DNA of 64,000 nt, taken from assembly GCA_036229005.1 (NCBI GenBank), contig JAZAMN010000049.1, forward strand, positions 1 to 64,000, given 5' to 3'. The notes beneath the pieces were generated by a model, which worked only from the letters and a program-made list of their open reading frames with translations, was not told the DNA's origin and searched no databases. Below, piece by piece: positions 1 through 8,883 of the stretch. Source of the DNA: Myxococcota bacterium (GTDB lineage: Bacteria > Myxococcota_A > UBA796 > CAJQPC01). Position 1 is the first letter of the stretch. Each line of letters starts with the position of its first letter. Position numbers and translations under genes: made by a program.

Positions 1-2
1 CC

Positions 3-1163
3 CCGCCCGCTGACTTCCCCCCTCCCATGCCGCCCCCGCCCCCCACGGGGCTGGAGGCTGCGCCTGCGGCTCCGCCGCCTCCGCCGACGCTCCCCTCGCT
101 GGAGCCGTCGATGGACGACTGGGACGACGTCCCGACCCGCATCGAGACCATGGCGGCCATCGAGGCGCAGGAGGCCGCTGCTTCCGCGCCGCCCGCCTTC
201 GGAGGGGCCCCGGCCGCTCCCCTCGGCGCGACGCCGCCGCCGCCGGCTCTCGACCACGACGCAGCGACCCAGGTCTTCGGGGCTCCGGAAGAGAAGCTGG
301 ATGCCACGATGCTGCGTGGGGGCGCGACCCCGGGCGCAGCGACCGAGGTCGGCGTGGTCGATGACTCCGGAGAGCTCGAAGATCCCTACGAGGACGAGGC
401 TGCGACCCGCATCCTGGGCAAGGCGCCGCCGGCGCCCCCCACGCTCGGCCCGCCCAGTGCGCCCCCCGCTGTGCCGCCTGCGCCCCCGACGGCCCCGCCT
501 CCCGGACCGCCTGCGCCCCCCGCGCCGCCTGCGCCCCCCGCACCGCCTGCGCCGCCCAGCGCCCCATTGGCGCAGAAGCCGCCCCCGCCGGTCCCGGCCG
601 CGGTGGTCGAAGAGGATGCGTCCGAGCGCAGCATGGGCCCCACGCCCCCGCCCCCCCCGGCGGAGGAGCCCAAGAAGAAGTCCAAGCTGCCCATGCTCGC
701 GGGCATCGGCTGCGGCGTCATCCTGGCCCTGGCGGTCTGTGGTGGCGGCGGCACATACCTGGCTGCCAAGCTCCTGGGCGAAGGCGGGAGCCTGCCCGTG
801 GACCTGCCCAGCGTCGAGCTGGACCCGGCCGAGATCGAGCCCAGCGAGCCGGTGGAGCCCTCCGAGCCCTCCGAGCCCTCTGAGCCGGCCCCCCCCGAGG
901 CTGCGCCGCCTGAGGCTGCGCCTCCCGCCGGTGGGATGACCTTCACCTCGCTGGATCCCGAGACCAAGAAGCTGACCGTCACCTGCACCGGCGAGAAGGC
1001 CAAGGGCGAGAGCTCGGCCACCGTCTCCCTCAGCTCCGACGACAAGTGCCTGGTGGTCGCCATCCTGAACGACCGATCGCGCCGTCAGGTCAGCGTCGAG
1101 AACCCCAGCGAGGGCAGCTACCAGTGCTTCGCGCCGGGCGGAAAGGATGAGTGTGTCCGCTGA
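3..1163 (+). CDS. Pro-rich membrane-anchored protein, 5'-partial
   Basis: Frame open from window start; Pro/Ala-rich linker, KKKSK followed by hydrophobic TM segment, small Cys-containing C-terminal domain. Confidence 0.75.
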   Translation, partial: PPADFPPPMPPPPPTGLEAAPAAPPPPPTLPSLEPSMDDWDDVPTRIETMAAIEAQEAAASAPPAFGGAPAAPLGATPPPPALDHDAATQVFGAPEEKLDATMLRGGATPGAATEVGVVDDSGELEDPYEDEAATRILGKAPPAPPTLGPPSAPPAVPPAPPTAPPPGPPAPPAPPAPPAPPAPPSAPLAQKPPPPVPAAVVEEDASERSMGPTPPPPPAEEPKKKSKLPMLAGIGCGVILALAVCGGGGTYLAAKLLGEGGSLPVDLPSVELDPAEIEPSEPVEPSEPSEPSEPAPPEAAPPEAAPPAGGMTFTSLDPETKKLTVTCTGEKAKGESSATVSLSSDDKCLVVAILNDRSRRQVSVENPSEGSYQCFAPGGKDECVR

Positions 1164-2352
1164 ACGCTCGGTGGTCGTCACCGGAGTCGGTGTGCTCTCC
1201 GCCTTCGGGCGCGGCATGGCTGAGCTGGCCACCGGGCTCCGGGAAGGGCGCTCCGCTCTGGCGGCGCCCCGGGCCTTTGACCCCGGGGGCCTGGAGTTCA
1301 CCGTCGCCGCCGAGGTCCGCACGCCTCTGAGCGTACCGCCCGGCTTCGAAGACGACCGCAAGGCCGCGATGGCTCTGCTCGCTGCGCGGGACGCGGTCGG
1401 TACGGTCGACATGAGCGGCGCGGGCGTCTACCTGGGCACCGGCCTGTCCTCGGTGACGCCCCGGGAGCTTGAGCAGGACGCGGCACCCTACAGGCGAGAC
1501 GGTGGGTTCGACCGGGCCGCGCTCCACCGGGATCTGGCCTCAGACCGGGTCGCCCCCAACCGACACCTCCCCGAGCGCACGACCGCCCTGTTGGCGGATT
1601 CCCTGGGCGCGCGGGGGCCGCAGCTCACCTCCTTCTCGGCCTGCGCAGCCGGGGCCCTGGGCATCGCACACGCCTTCCGGGCCATTCGCCGCGGGGAGCT
1701 GGATCGGGCGCTGGCCGGGGGCATGGACGCGATGATCCACCCCCTGGGCGTGCTCTCCTTCCTGGTCCTGGGCGCGCTGTCTCCGGGGACCTGCCGGCCC
1801 TTCGACCGCAACCGCTCGGGCTTCGTGATCGGAGAGGGCGCGGCCATGCTGCTCCTGGAGGAGGAGTCGGTCGCGCGGGCGCGGGGCGCGCACATCCTGG
1901 CGCGGGTGCTGGGCGCTGGCTCCAGCGTGGACGCCTACAACGTCACGGCGCCTCACCCCGAGGGCAAAGGGGCCGAGCTGTCCATGCGGCGGGCCCTCAA
2001 GGATGCGGGGCTGGATCGCGTGGATCATGTCAACGCCCACGGGACCGGCACACCGCTCGGGGACAAGGCTGAAGCCGCCGCCATCTCCCGGTTGCTCGGC
2101 AGCGAGGTCAACGTGTCGTCGATCAAGGGGGCCGTCGGCCACTGCATCGCCGCCGCCGGGGCTGTAGAGGCCGCCGCGTGCATCGCAGGGCTCGCCGAGG
2201 GCTGGTCCCCGGGGACTGCGCTCTGCGAGAGCGTGGACGATCTGGGCGTGCGTGTACAGCAGGAGCCGGCCTTCGACGCGCCGCAGACCATGCTGAGCAA
2301 CAGCTTTGGCTTCGGGGGGCAGAACACCACCCTCATCTTCGGGAGGGCCTGA
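1147..2352 (+). CDS. Beta-ketoacyl-ACP synthase (FabF-like ketosynthase)
   Basis: VVVTGVG start, SACAAG active-site Cys, NAHGTGT, KGAVGH, SNSFGFGG motifs. Confidence 0.93.
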   Translation: MSVSAERSVVVTGVGVLSAFGRGMAELATGLREGRSALAAPRAFDPGGLEFTVAAEVRTPLSVPPGFEDDRKAAMALLAARDAVGTVDMSGAGVYLGTGLSSVTPRELEQDAAPYRRDGGFDRAALHRDLASDRVAPNRHLPERTTALLADSLGARGPQLTSFSACAAGALGIAHAFRAIRRGELDRALAGGMDAMIHPLGVLSFLVLGALSPGTCRPFDRNRSGFVIGEGAAMLLLEEESVARARGAHILARVLGAGSSVDAYNVTAPHPEGKGAELSMRRALKDAGLDRVDHVNAHGTGTPLGDKAEAAAISRLLGSEVNVSSIKGAVGHCIAAAGAVEAAACIAGLAEGWSPGTALCESVDDLGVRVQQEPAFDAPQTMLSNSFGFGGQNTTLIFGRA

Positions 2353-3150
2353 ATGCCCGCCGTCTCTGTGGTCGCTGTCGGTCTGCTCTGCCCTGCGGGC
2401 ATCGGTGAACAGGGGGCCTCCGGTGGCCGCCCCGGCGAGGTCCCGGGCTTCCGGGCGCGCGCCTACGTGGACAACCGCAAGAACCTCAAGCTCATGTCCC
2501 GAGCCGTCAAGCTCGGAGTCAGCGGCATCCGCCTGGCGCTGAGTGGGGCAGGGGACTGGGAGTCCGTTCCGCCGGAGCGGCGGGGCATGTTCGTGGGCTC
2601 CACGCCGCTGGGGGGCGAGATCGGCGATCTGACCCCCGCCCTGGAGCTCTGCTCCGACGAAGACGGGCACGTGGACCTGGGCAAGTTCGCCCGCGAGGGC
2701 ATCGATCGCATCCACCCGCTGTGGCTGGTCAAGGGCTTGAGCAACAACGTGCTGGGCTTCGCGAGCGCCACCCACAACTTCCAGGGCGCCAACGGCAACT
2801 ACTGCGACGGCGCGCTGTCGGGCGCCAACGCCCTCCGAGAGGGCTGGGCCGCCATCGCCGAGGGGCGGGCCGATGTGGTCGTCGCGGGGGCGGCTGACTC
2901 TCTGGTGGGGCTGGAGGCCCTGTTCCCTGGCGACAAGGCCTCGGAGGGCGCCGCGTTCTTTGCGCTGGTGCCCGGAGAGCTCCCCGGGTGCGCGCGCCTG
3001 GTGGAGGGGAAGGGGACCCTGCCCGACGAGTACAGCGAGCTGGGCAACATCGGCGCCGCCACCGAGCTGGTTGGGCTGGCACGAGGGCTGCTGCGCGGCG
3101 AGTCCGGTCTGGGGCTGCCCGCCGTCGGGCTGCGCCTTGAGATTCCCTGA
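2353..3150 (+). CDS. Truncated ketosynthase-like protein (chain-length-factor-like, probably non-catalytic)
   Basis: KS N-terminal features (ERRGMFVG, LSNN, AIAEGRADVVVAGAADS) but no ACA catalytic motif and no His motifs; abuts the KS gene. Confidence 0.75.
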   Translation: MPAVSVVAVGLLCPAGIGEQGASGGRPGEVPGFRARAYVDNRKNLKLMSRAVKLGVSGIRLALSGAGDWESVPPERRGMFVGSTPLGGEIGDLTPALELCSDEDGHVDLGKFAREGIDRIHPLWLVKGLSNNVLGFASATHNFQGANGNYCDGALSGANALREGWAAIAEGRADVVVAGAADSLVGLEALFPGDKASEGAAFFALVPGELPGCARLVEGKGTLPDEYSELGNIGAATELVGLARGLLRGESGLGLPAVGLRLEIP

Positions 3151-3225
3151 ACCCCTATAGACCCGGGCCCATAGCCAACCCTGGGTCAGTAGGGTAACTA
3201 AGGGCCCACGCACCGAGTGAGAGAC

Positions 3226-3639
3226 ATGAGCGGCATCATCACCGACCCCGCAATCTACGCCAAGGTCCAGAACGCCATCGCCGAGGCCTTGGGCCTGGAC
3301 GATGACGAGGTCGAGGCAGACGCACTGTTGATGGAGGACCTGGGCGCTGAGTCCCTGGACTTCCTGGACATCGTGTTCCGGCTGGAGCGGGCCTTCGACA
3401 TCAAGATCCCCCGAGGCGGCATCGAGGCCCAGGCCAAGGACGAGCTGGGTGACACCGGCGAGTACGAGGTCGACGGCGTCTTGACCGAGCTGGGCCTCAA
3501 GCGCCTGGCCGAGGCCATGCCCGAGGTCCCCGCAGAGGACTTCAAGCCCGGCCTCAAGAGCTCCGAGATCCCCACCCTCTTCCGCGTCGCGACCTTCTAC
3601 CGTCTGGTCGTGAACCTGCTGGAAGAGAAGGGCGCCTGA
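3226..3639 (+). CDS. Acyl carrier protein, long form
   Basis: DLGAESLDFLDIVFRLE phosphopantetheine motif; ~137 aa with an insertion after IKIP. Confidence 0.9.
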   Translation: MSGIITDPAIYAKVQNAIAEALGLDDDEVEADALLMEDLGAESLDFLDIVFRLERAFDIKIPRGGIEAQAKDELGDTGEYEVDGVLTELGLKRLAEAMPEVPAEDFKPGLKSSEIPTLFRVATFYRLVVNLLEEKGA

Positions 3640-3640
3640 G

Positions 3641-4618
3641 CTGACCCCGCGCTTCTGCTTCCTGGTCCACCCGCTGTCCGCCGGGCAGCGCATGGTGGTG
3701 GGGTTCAGGCGCGGGAACGTGCGGATGGCCCTTGGCCGCCGCGCCGTCGGAGAGCCCGGCCGCATCGCGCGGGTCGGGATCCGCGGCGTCTGCGAGGGCG
3801 AGGTCATCTCCGTCCCGCTGGTCCCCCAGGAGCTGCTGGAGGACCAGGAGCGCGCGCTGGACGGAATGACCCAGGCCGTGCGCGTGGCCGGGCCTGTGCA
3901 GGCCGTGGGGCTGGGCTCGCTGCTCAGCGTCGTGGCGGGCCGCGGCGTGGCTCTGGGCCAGCGCGTCTCCGTCCCCGTGACCACGGGCAACGCGGCGACC
4001 GCTTGGGCGGCCTGGCGCAACGTCCACCAGGTCCTCGCGGAGACCGGACATCGGCGGGTGGCCCTGCTGGGCTTCTCCGGTGGTGTGGGGCGCGTGCTGG
4101 CGGAGCTGCTGGCTGAGGACGGCGTCGAGCTCGTGCTGGGAGGCAAGGGCAGGGCCCTGGAGAAGCGGGCGTCAAAGCTCGGCTTCTCACTGCTCCCAGA
4201 GGCGGAGGCGGCGGCGTCGGCGCCGGTGGTCGTGGGCGCCGCGACGACCGGAGGCACCCTGGATCCCCAGGCGCTCCAGGAGGACGCCGTGGTGTTGGAC
4301 GTGGCCCTGCCCCCGACACTCCAAGCCGGTCCTCGCCCGACCGGGGTGCGCGTGCTGGCTGGAGAAGCGGTCTCCCTGCCCAAGGGGTGGGCCCGGGATG
4401 GCTGGGGGCAGCTCTACCACCTCTTCGCCGGCTATGGCCCCTGGCAGCTCTTTGCCTGCCTCGCGGAGCCATTGGTTCTGGCCCACACCGGCCGGGATCG
4501 CCCCTTCGCGCAAGGGGCCCGGGTGCACGCCCAGGACGTCCGGGACTTCGGCACAGAGGCGGTCAAGCTGGGCTTCTCCCCGCGCTTGGCCCGAGGATGG
4601 ATGCAGGCCCCGGCTTGA
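3641..4618 (+). CDS. Acyl-ACP reductase-like / COG5322-type NAD(P)-dependent oxidoreductase
   Basis: RFCFLVHPL N-terminal motif upstream of first ATG (3692), GLGSLLSVV, TTGN, Rossmann LGFSGGVG, QLFACLAE resembling the catalytic Cys motif of cyanobacterial acyl-ACP reductase; start codon uncertain (CTG 3641). Confidence 0.7.
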   Translation: MTPRFCFLVHPLSAGQRMVVGFRRGNVRMALGRRAVGEPGRIARVGIRGVCEGEVISVPLVPQELLEDQERALDGMTQAVRVAGPVQAVGLGSLLSVVAGRGVALGQRVSVPVTTGNAATAWAAWRNVHQVLAETGHRRVALLGFSGGVGRVLAELLAEDGVELVLGGKGRALEKRASKLGFSLLPEAEAAASAPVVVGAATTGGTLDPQALQEDAVVLDVALPPTLQAGPRPTGVRVLAGEAVSLPKGWARDGWGQLYHLFAGYGPWQLFACLAEPLVLAHTGRDRPFAQGARVHAQDVRDFGTEAVKLGFSPRLARGWMQAPA

Positions 4619-4659
4619 TCCCCTGCCCGCTGAGGGCCTCCAGGTCGTAGACTGCGGGC

Positions 4660-5550
4660 ATGTTCGTCTGCCCCGAGACCCGCACCTCGCTGGAGGCTTG
4701 GTACTCCAACGCCGCCGACACGCTCTACCCCCACCTGGAGGGTGTGCCCGTGTTGGTCCCAGACCCCAAGGCCTTCCTCCGGCGGCACGGCCCCTGGAAC
4801 CCGCGCGACGGCGTGGTGGGGCAGGTCCAGGAGCCCCTGGGGGTGAGCGAGCCCGATGCGGTGACGCCCTTCCTGGCGCCTGGAGAGCTGGGGGTCAGCG
4901 GGGTGTTCGGCGACGCGCTCCTGGACCTGGGGCAGCTCACTCCGGACGCCTGGCTGGCCGCCTTCGTGGCGCAGCATGGGCACCCCGGACCGGCCTGTGA
5001 CGTGGGCTGCGGTCTGGGCAACATGGCCCGACTGATGGCCAAGCAGGACCGGCCCGTGGTGGCCTTCGACCGCTCTCCGGCGGCGGTGCTGACGGCCAAG
5101 GACCTGCTCACCGGGCAGCTCACCGAGAGCCTGATGCCGACCCACTCCCGGGGGGCCCGCAGCGTCCGGGTGCCGCCGGTGGCGATCGACACGCCGCTGC
5201 GTATGGCCATCGCGGACGCGCGCTTTCCGCCCCTGCCCAAGGACTCGATGACCTGGGTGCACCTGGGCATGCTGATCGACGTGCTCGAGGGCGATGACCT
5301 GGTCAAGGCCCTGGTGGAGTCGGTGCAGCTCCTCGTCCGCGGGGGCCTGCTGACGGTGAGCACGGCCTACAACTCGGCGGGGCCCTTCATCGAGAACGAG
5401 CCCAGCCCGGTGGACGACCTGCGCGAGGTCTTCGAGGAGCTGGGGCTGCGGCTGGTCGAGGAGCGCGACCTGGTGCCCAAGGTGACCCGGCACTACGACC
5501 GCAGGTTCACCGTCGAGCTGGTCCACTGCCTGGTGTTCCAGCGCGGGTGA
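4660..5550 (+). CDS. Class I SAM-dependent methyltransferase with Trm112-like N-terminus
   Basis: FVCPETR...YPHLEGVPVL N-terminus; DVGCGLG motif I; ADAR. Confidence 0.75.
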   Translation: MFVCPETRTSLEAWYSNAADTLYPHLEGVPVLVPDPKAFLRRHGPWNPRDGVVGQVQEPLGVSEPDAVTPFLAPGELGVSGVFGDALLDLGQLTPDAWLAAFVAQHGHPGPACDVGCGLGNMARLMAKQDRPVVAFDRSPAAVLTAKDLLTGQLTESLMPTHSRGARSVRVPPVAIDTPLRMAIADARFPPLPKDSMTWVHLGMLIDVLEGDDLVKALVESVQLLVRGGLLTVSTAYNSAGPFIENEPSPVDDLREVFEELGLRLVEERDLVPKVTRHYDRRFTVELVHCLVFQRG

Positions 5551-5556
5551 GGGGGC

Positions 5557-6264
5557 TCAGAGGGCGGCCTCGGCGGCGGCCTTGGCGGCGTCCCAGTCCC
5601 CGGTGACCTCGACGATCGCGGAGTCCCGGTCGAGCACCACGTAGAAGGGCAGGGTCACGTCGTGGCCGGCCAGGTACAGGCGCGCGTAGAAGGCGTTGAT
5701 GTCCTGGCCGTCGGAGCTGTAGCTCTCGTTCCAGGTGACCGGGAAGCTCAGGGACTCCTGCTCGGCCCAGGCGGCGCAGTCTTCCGTGCTGGCGTTCTGG
5801 TCCTTGGTCTCGCCCTCGACCAGGGACTGGACGACCCAGAGGCCCTGCTCCACGTTGGCGTCGTGGAAGGCCTGGAGATCGGGGTTGGCCACCGAGCAGG
5901 GGCCGCACCAGGCGGCGGTGACGTTCAGGACGACCACCGTGCTGTAGAACTGGCGCATGGTGAGCGCAGCGCCGGTGGCGTCGGTCATGCCGGGGTCGGG
6001 GATGACCTGGCCGAGCTCCCAGCCCTGGCCGACGACCTCGTCCTGCTCGGCCTGCCAGTCGCACTGGGGCAGGCCCTCGGGGACGGACCAGCACAGGGTG
6101 CCGTCGGTGCCCGCGTCGTACTCGACGCCGTCGTCGAAGCCATCTCCGTCGCTGTCGCGGACGAAGGGGTCGGTGCCCAGCTCGTCCTCGATGTGGTCGA
6201 GGACTCCATCGCCGTCGAAGTCCTTGACCTCGGGCTCACAGGCGCTCAGGAGCAGCAGGAACAT
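5557..6264 (-). CDS. Thioredoxin-fold (TlpA-like) lipoprotein with DxDGDG repeats
   Basis: LSAC lipobox, DFDGDG/DSDGDG motifs, AAWCGPC. Confidence 0.8.
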   Translation of the reverse strand: MFLLLLSACEPEVKDFDGDGVLDHIEDELGTDPFVRDSDGDGFDDGVEYDAGTDGTLCWSVPEGLPQCDWQAEQDEVVGQGWELGQVIPDPGMTDATGAALTMRQFYSTVVVLNVTAAWCGPCSVANPDLQAFHDANVEQGLWVVQSLVEGETKDQNASTEDCAAWAEQESLSFPVTWNESYSSDGQDINAFYARLYLAGHDVTLPFYVVLDRDSAIVEVTGDWDAAKAAAEAAL

Positions 6265-6339
6265 GCGGGGCCTCCTTGTGAGGGCCTCATACTCCGGGGC
6301 GGGCAGAGCCTCAATGTCGAGAACCTGCCCTGCTGCGGG

Positions 6340-7098
6340 CTACTCGTTGGCGAGCAGCTCGGCGACCTTGGCCTTGGCGCCCTCTTCGTCGGTGGCGGCG
6401 AACACGACGCGGTGGTCGCGGTCCAGCACGATGAAGGTGGGGATGTAGCCCTCGTAGGTGCCGGCGATCGAGAACTCCGCGTAGGCGGTGTTGTAGTAGT
6501 CGCCGTTGTACTCGTAGCTGGCGTCCCAGGTCACGGGGGAGGTCACGTTGTAGGTCTCGGACCAGTTCAGGACGTCCTCGGTGTCCGGGGTCTGGTAGGA
6601 GGCGTCCTCGATGAAGATGGTCACCGCCATCACGCCGTCGGGCTCGTTCTCGCGGGCCCACTCGGCGAACCCGGGGGCCGCCGCCTGGCAGGGGCCGCAC
6701 CAGCCGGCGCTGATGTCGAGCACGGTGATCATGCCGTAGAAGTCCCAGCTCCCAAGCTCGTTGCCGTACTGGTCGTTGAGGGGGAAGTCCGGCACGATCT
6801 GGTTCATCGCGTAGCCCTCGCCGGTCACGCCCTCGGAGAGGGTGCGGCAGTTGGCCCAGCCCTCCGGCACGTCCCAGCACAGGTTGCCGTCGGTGCCGGC
6901 CTCGTACTCGCTCAGGTCGTCGAAGCCGTCGCCGTCGCTGTCGGCGTTGTCGGGATCGGTCCCGAGCTCAGCCTCCTCGGCGTCGGTCAGGCCGTCGCCG
7001 TCGGCGTCGGCGGCCACGCTGTCTTCGGCTTCGCCGGTGCAGGCCAGGGCGAGCCCGGCGAAGAGGACGATGGGGAGGGAGAGGAATCGGGCGCGCAT
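6340..7098 (-). CDS. Thioredoxin-fold (TlpA-like) lipoprotein, paralog of neighbour
   Basis: Start MRARF with AGGAG RBS; ALAC lipobox, DADGDG/DSDGDG, AGWCGPC. Confidence 0.8.
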   Translation of the reverse strand: MRARFLSLPIVLFAGLALACTGEAEDSVAADADGDGLTDAEEAELGTDPDNADSDGDGFDDLSEYEAGTDGNLCWDVPEGWANCRTLSEGVTGEGYAMNQIVPDFPLNDQYGNELGSWDFYGMITVLDISAGWCGPCQAAAPGFAEWARENEPDGVMAVTIFIEDASYQTPDTEDVLNWSETYNVTSPVTWDASYEYNGDYYNTAYAEFSIAGTYEGYIPTFIVLDRDHRVVFAATDEEGAKAKVAELLANE

Positions 7099-7195
7099 GG
7101 GGGGCTCCTGTCTGTGGTCGGACGTGGCAGGGTACACGTCGTCCCAGAGGATGTCGCGCCTGTGGACGGGGTTTTGCAAAAAGCGGTCCGGTCGC

Positions 7196-8302
7196 CTACC
7201 AGCTTGACCCGGCTCCACCTCCGCCTGAGCGCCCGCCGCCGAAGCTCCCACCGCCGCCGCCGCCGCCCGAGAACCCACCCCCCGAGCCTCCGAAGCCGCC
7301 CGACGACGAGTTGGTCGTGCTCCGCTGCTTCCGGGGCAGGGTCACCATGCGGCTGCCCTGGTAGTCGCAGTGCATGCAGTCCGTCTCGATCTCCGCCAGC
7401 CCGCTGGAGGTGTAGGTGGGGGCCTCCAGCACCGTCCGCACGCTCGAGGCCGTCCGGTGCGCGCACTGGGGGCACCTCTCGTAGCCGGAGAACAGGATGC
7501 TCCGGGAGAAGCGCTTGATCGCCTGGCACTCCGGGCAGATGTAGACGTCGTGCTGGACGGATCCCAGCTCCTCCTCCAGGACCTCGCCCTCGGTCAGGTG
7601 CTCGTCGTCGTCGACCTCGTTGATGAGCTCCATGAGCACGGGGGTCTCGTGCTCAAAGCAGGTGCGCCTCCTCCTCCGGATCCAGAAGCCGCCGCCGCCC
7701 AGCAGCACCAGGCCCGCGCCACCTGCCAGCGCCAGCCCCAGGGTCTCGGTGCTCTGGGAGCCCTGGTGTTCCTGGTGGCCGTGGGCGTCCTCCGCCACGA
7801 ACGCTGGCGCCGCAGCACCCGCCTTCACCGCCTCTGGATCCCGCCGGAGCTGGGTGTCCACCGCATCCACACCCGCGACCAGCCCCGCGGCGAAGTCCCC
7901 CGACTTGAAGTGGGGCACCATCTCCCGCTGCTGCATGGCCCCCAGCCAGCCGTCCGTCAGGATGGCCTCGAGCCCGTACCCGGTCTCCATCTCCAGCCGC
8001 CGGTCCCCCAGGGAGAGGAGGATGAGCAGACCGTTGTTCGCCTCAGCATCGCCCACACCCCAGCCATTGGCCAGGGCGGTCGCCAACTCCTTGGGGCTCC
8101 CGTCCACCGTCGAGGACACCGTCACCACGACCACCTCCGCGTCGGTGTCCTGGTGCAGGGCCTCCAGCCTGGCGTCCAGGGCGGCCTCGGACTCGGCGTC
8201 CAGCAGGTGCGCCTGGTCGCTGATCCAGCGGTTGTGGGGGCGGGGGTTTTCGATCTCCTGCCACTGGGCGGCCAGGGAGAGGGAGCAGAGGAGGTAGAGC
8301 AT
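7196..8302 (-). CDS. TPM-domain membrane protein with C-terminal Zn-ribbon and Gly-rich tail
   Basis: WISDQAHLL, WGVG..NNGLLILL, ETGYGLEAILTD, TM, CxxH/CPEC/CxxC/CxxC, FGGGRSGGGGAGSSW. Confidence 0.88.
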   Translation of the reverse strand: MLYLLCSLSLAAQWQEIENPRPHNRWISDQAHLLDAESEAALDARLEALHQDTDAEVVVVTVSSTVDGSPKELATALANGWGVGDAEANNGLLILLSLGDRRLEMETGYGLEAILTDGWLGAMQQREMVPHFKSGDFAAGLVAGVDAVDTQLRRDPEAVKAGAAAPAFVAEDAHGHQEHQGSQSTETLGLALAGGAGLVLLGGGGFWIRRRRRTCFEHETPVLMELINEVDDDEHLTEGEVLEEELGSVQHDVYICPECQAIKRFSRSILFSGYERCPQCAHRTASSVRTVLEAPTYTSSGLAEIETDCMHCDYQGSRMVTLPRKQRSTTNSSSGGFGGSGGGFSGGGGGGGSFGGGRSGGGGAGSSW

Positions 8303-8356
8303 GGGGAGCCTGCGGGGACACGCGCGATCGCGCCGTTCTATCGGGTGTTCAGCCTA

Positions 8357-8833
8357 TCAGTGCCTGCCCCTTCTCTGGCCGTGGCTGTAGCCAATGGGCA
8401 TGTAGGGGCGCTGGTCGGTGTTCTCGTAGCCGCAGTGGCGGCAGCTTGTGTGGACCTTCATGGTGCCGGGGCGCCCATTGGAGGGCTGCGAGAGGACCTT
8501 GCGCTGCTCGGTCGAGGTGTAGTGCTTGCAGACGCCGCAGAACTTGTAGCGGGAGAAGGGCTGGCGCAGCGCGAAGGTCTTGACCTCCTGGCACTCCGGG
8601 CAGACGTAGACCTGGTGGAACACGGCGCCGAGGTCCTCCTCCAGCTCCTGGCCGTCGGTGAGCCAGACGTCCTCGTCCGCCTCCCGGACCTTGGACATGC
8701 GCACTGGCTTGGGGTGGGCGCGGCAGATCCGCCGGGCCCGATAGCGCAGGGCCTCCCAGGCGAGCACGCCCAAGAGGATCAGGACCACCGGCGCCCACGC
8801 CAGCTGCTCGGTCGGAATCGCTGCGATGCCCAT
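8357..8833 (-). CDS. TM plus Zn-ribbon protein homologous to the C-terminal half of the TPM protein
   Basis: CRAH..EDVWLTDGQELEEDLGAV..VYVCPECQ..CGVC..CRHC matches the neighbour's CFEH..DEHLTEGEVLEEELGSV..VYICPECQ. Confidence 0.75.
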   Translation of the reverse strand: MGIAAIPTEQLAWAPVVLILLGVLAWEALRYRARRICRAHPKPVRMSKVREADEDVWLTDGQELEEDLGAVFHQVYVCPECQEVKTFALRQPFSRYKFCGVCKHYTSTEQRKVLSQPSNGRPGTMKVHTSCRHCGYENTDQRPYMPIGYSHGQRRGRH

Positions 8834-8883
8834 GCTTGCTCCCCCAGGCCCTCTGGGGCCGTCCTTTCCGCTACTCTACCCCC

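Noticed and set aside
420..930. Short tandem DNA repeats at window start
   Set aside because: Explained by the Pro/Ala and EPS low-complexity coding linker
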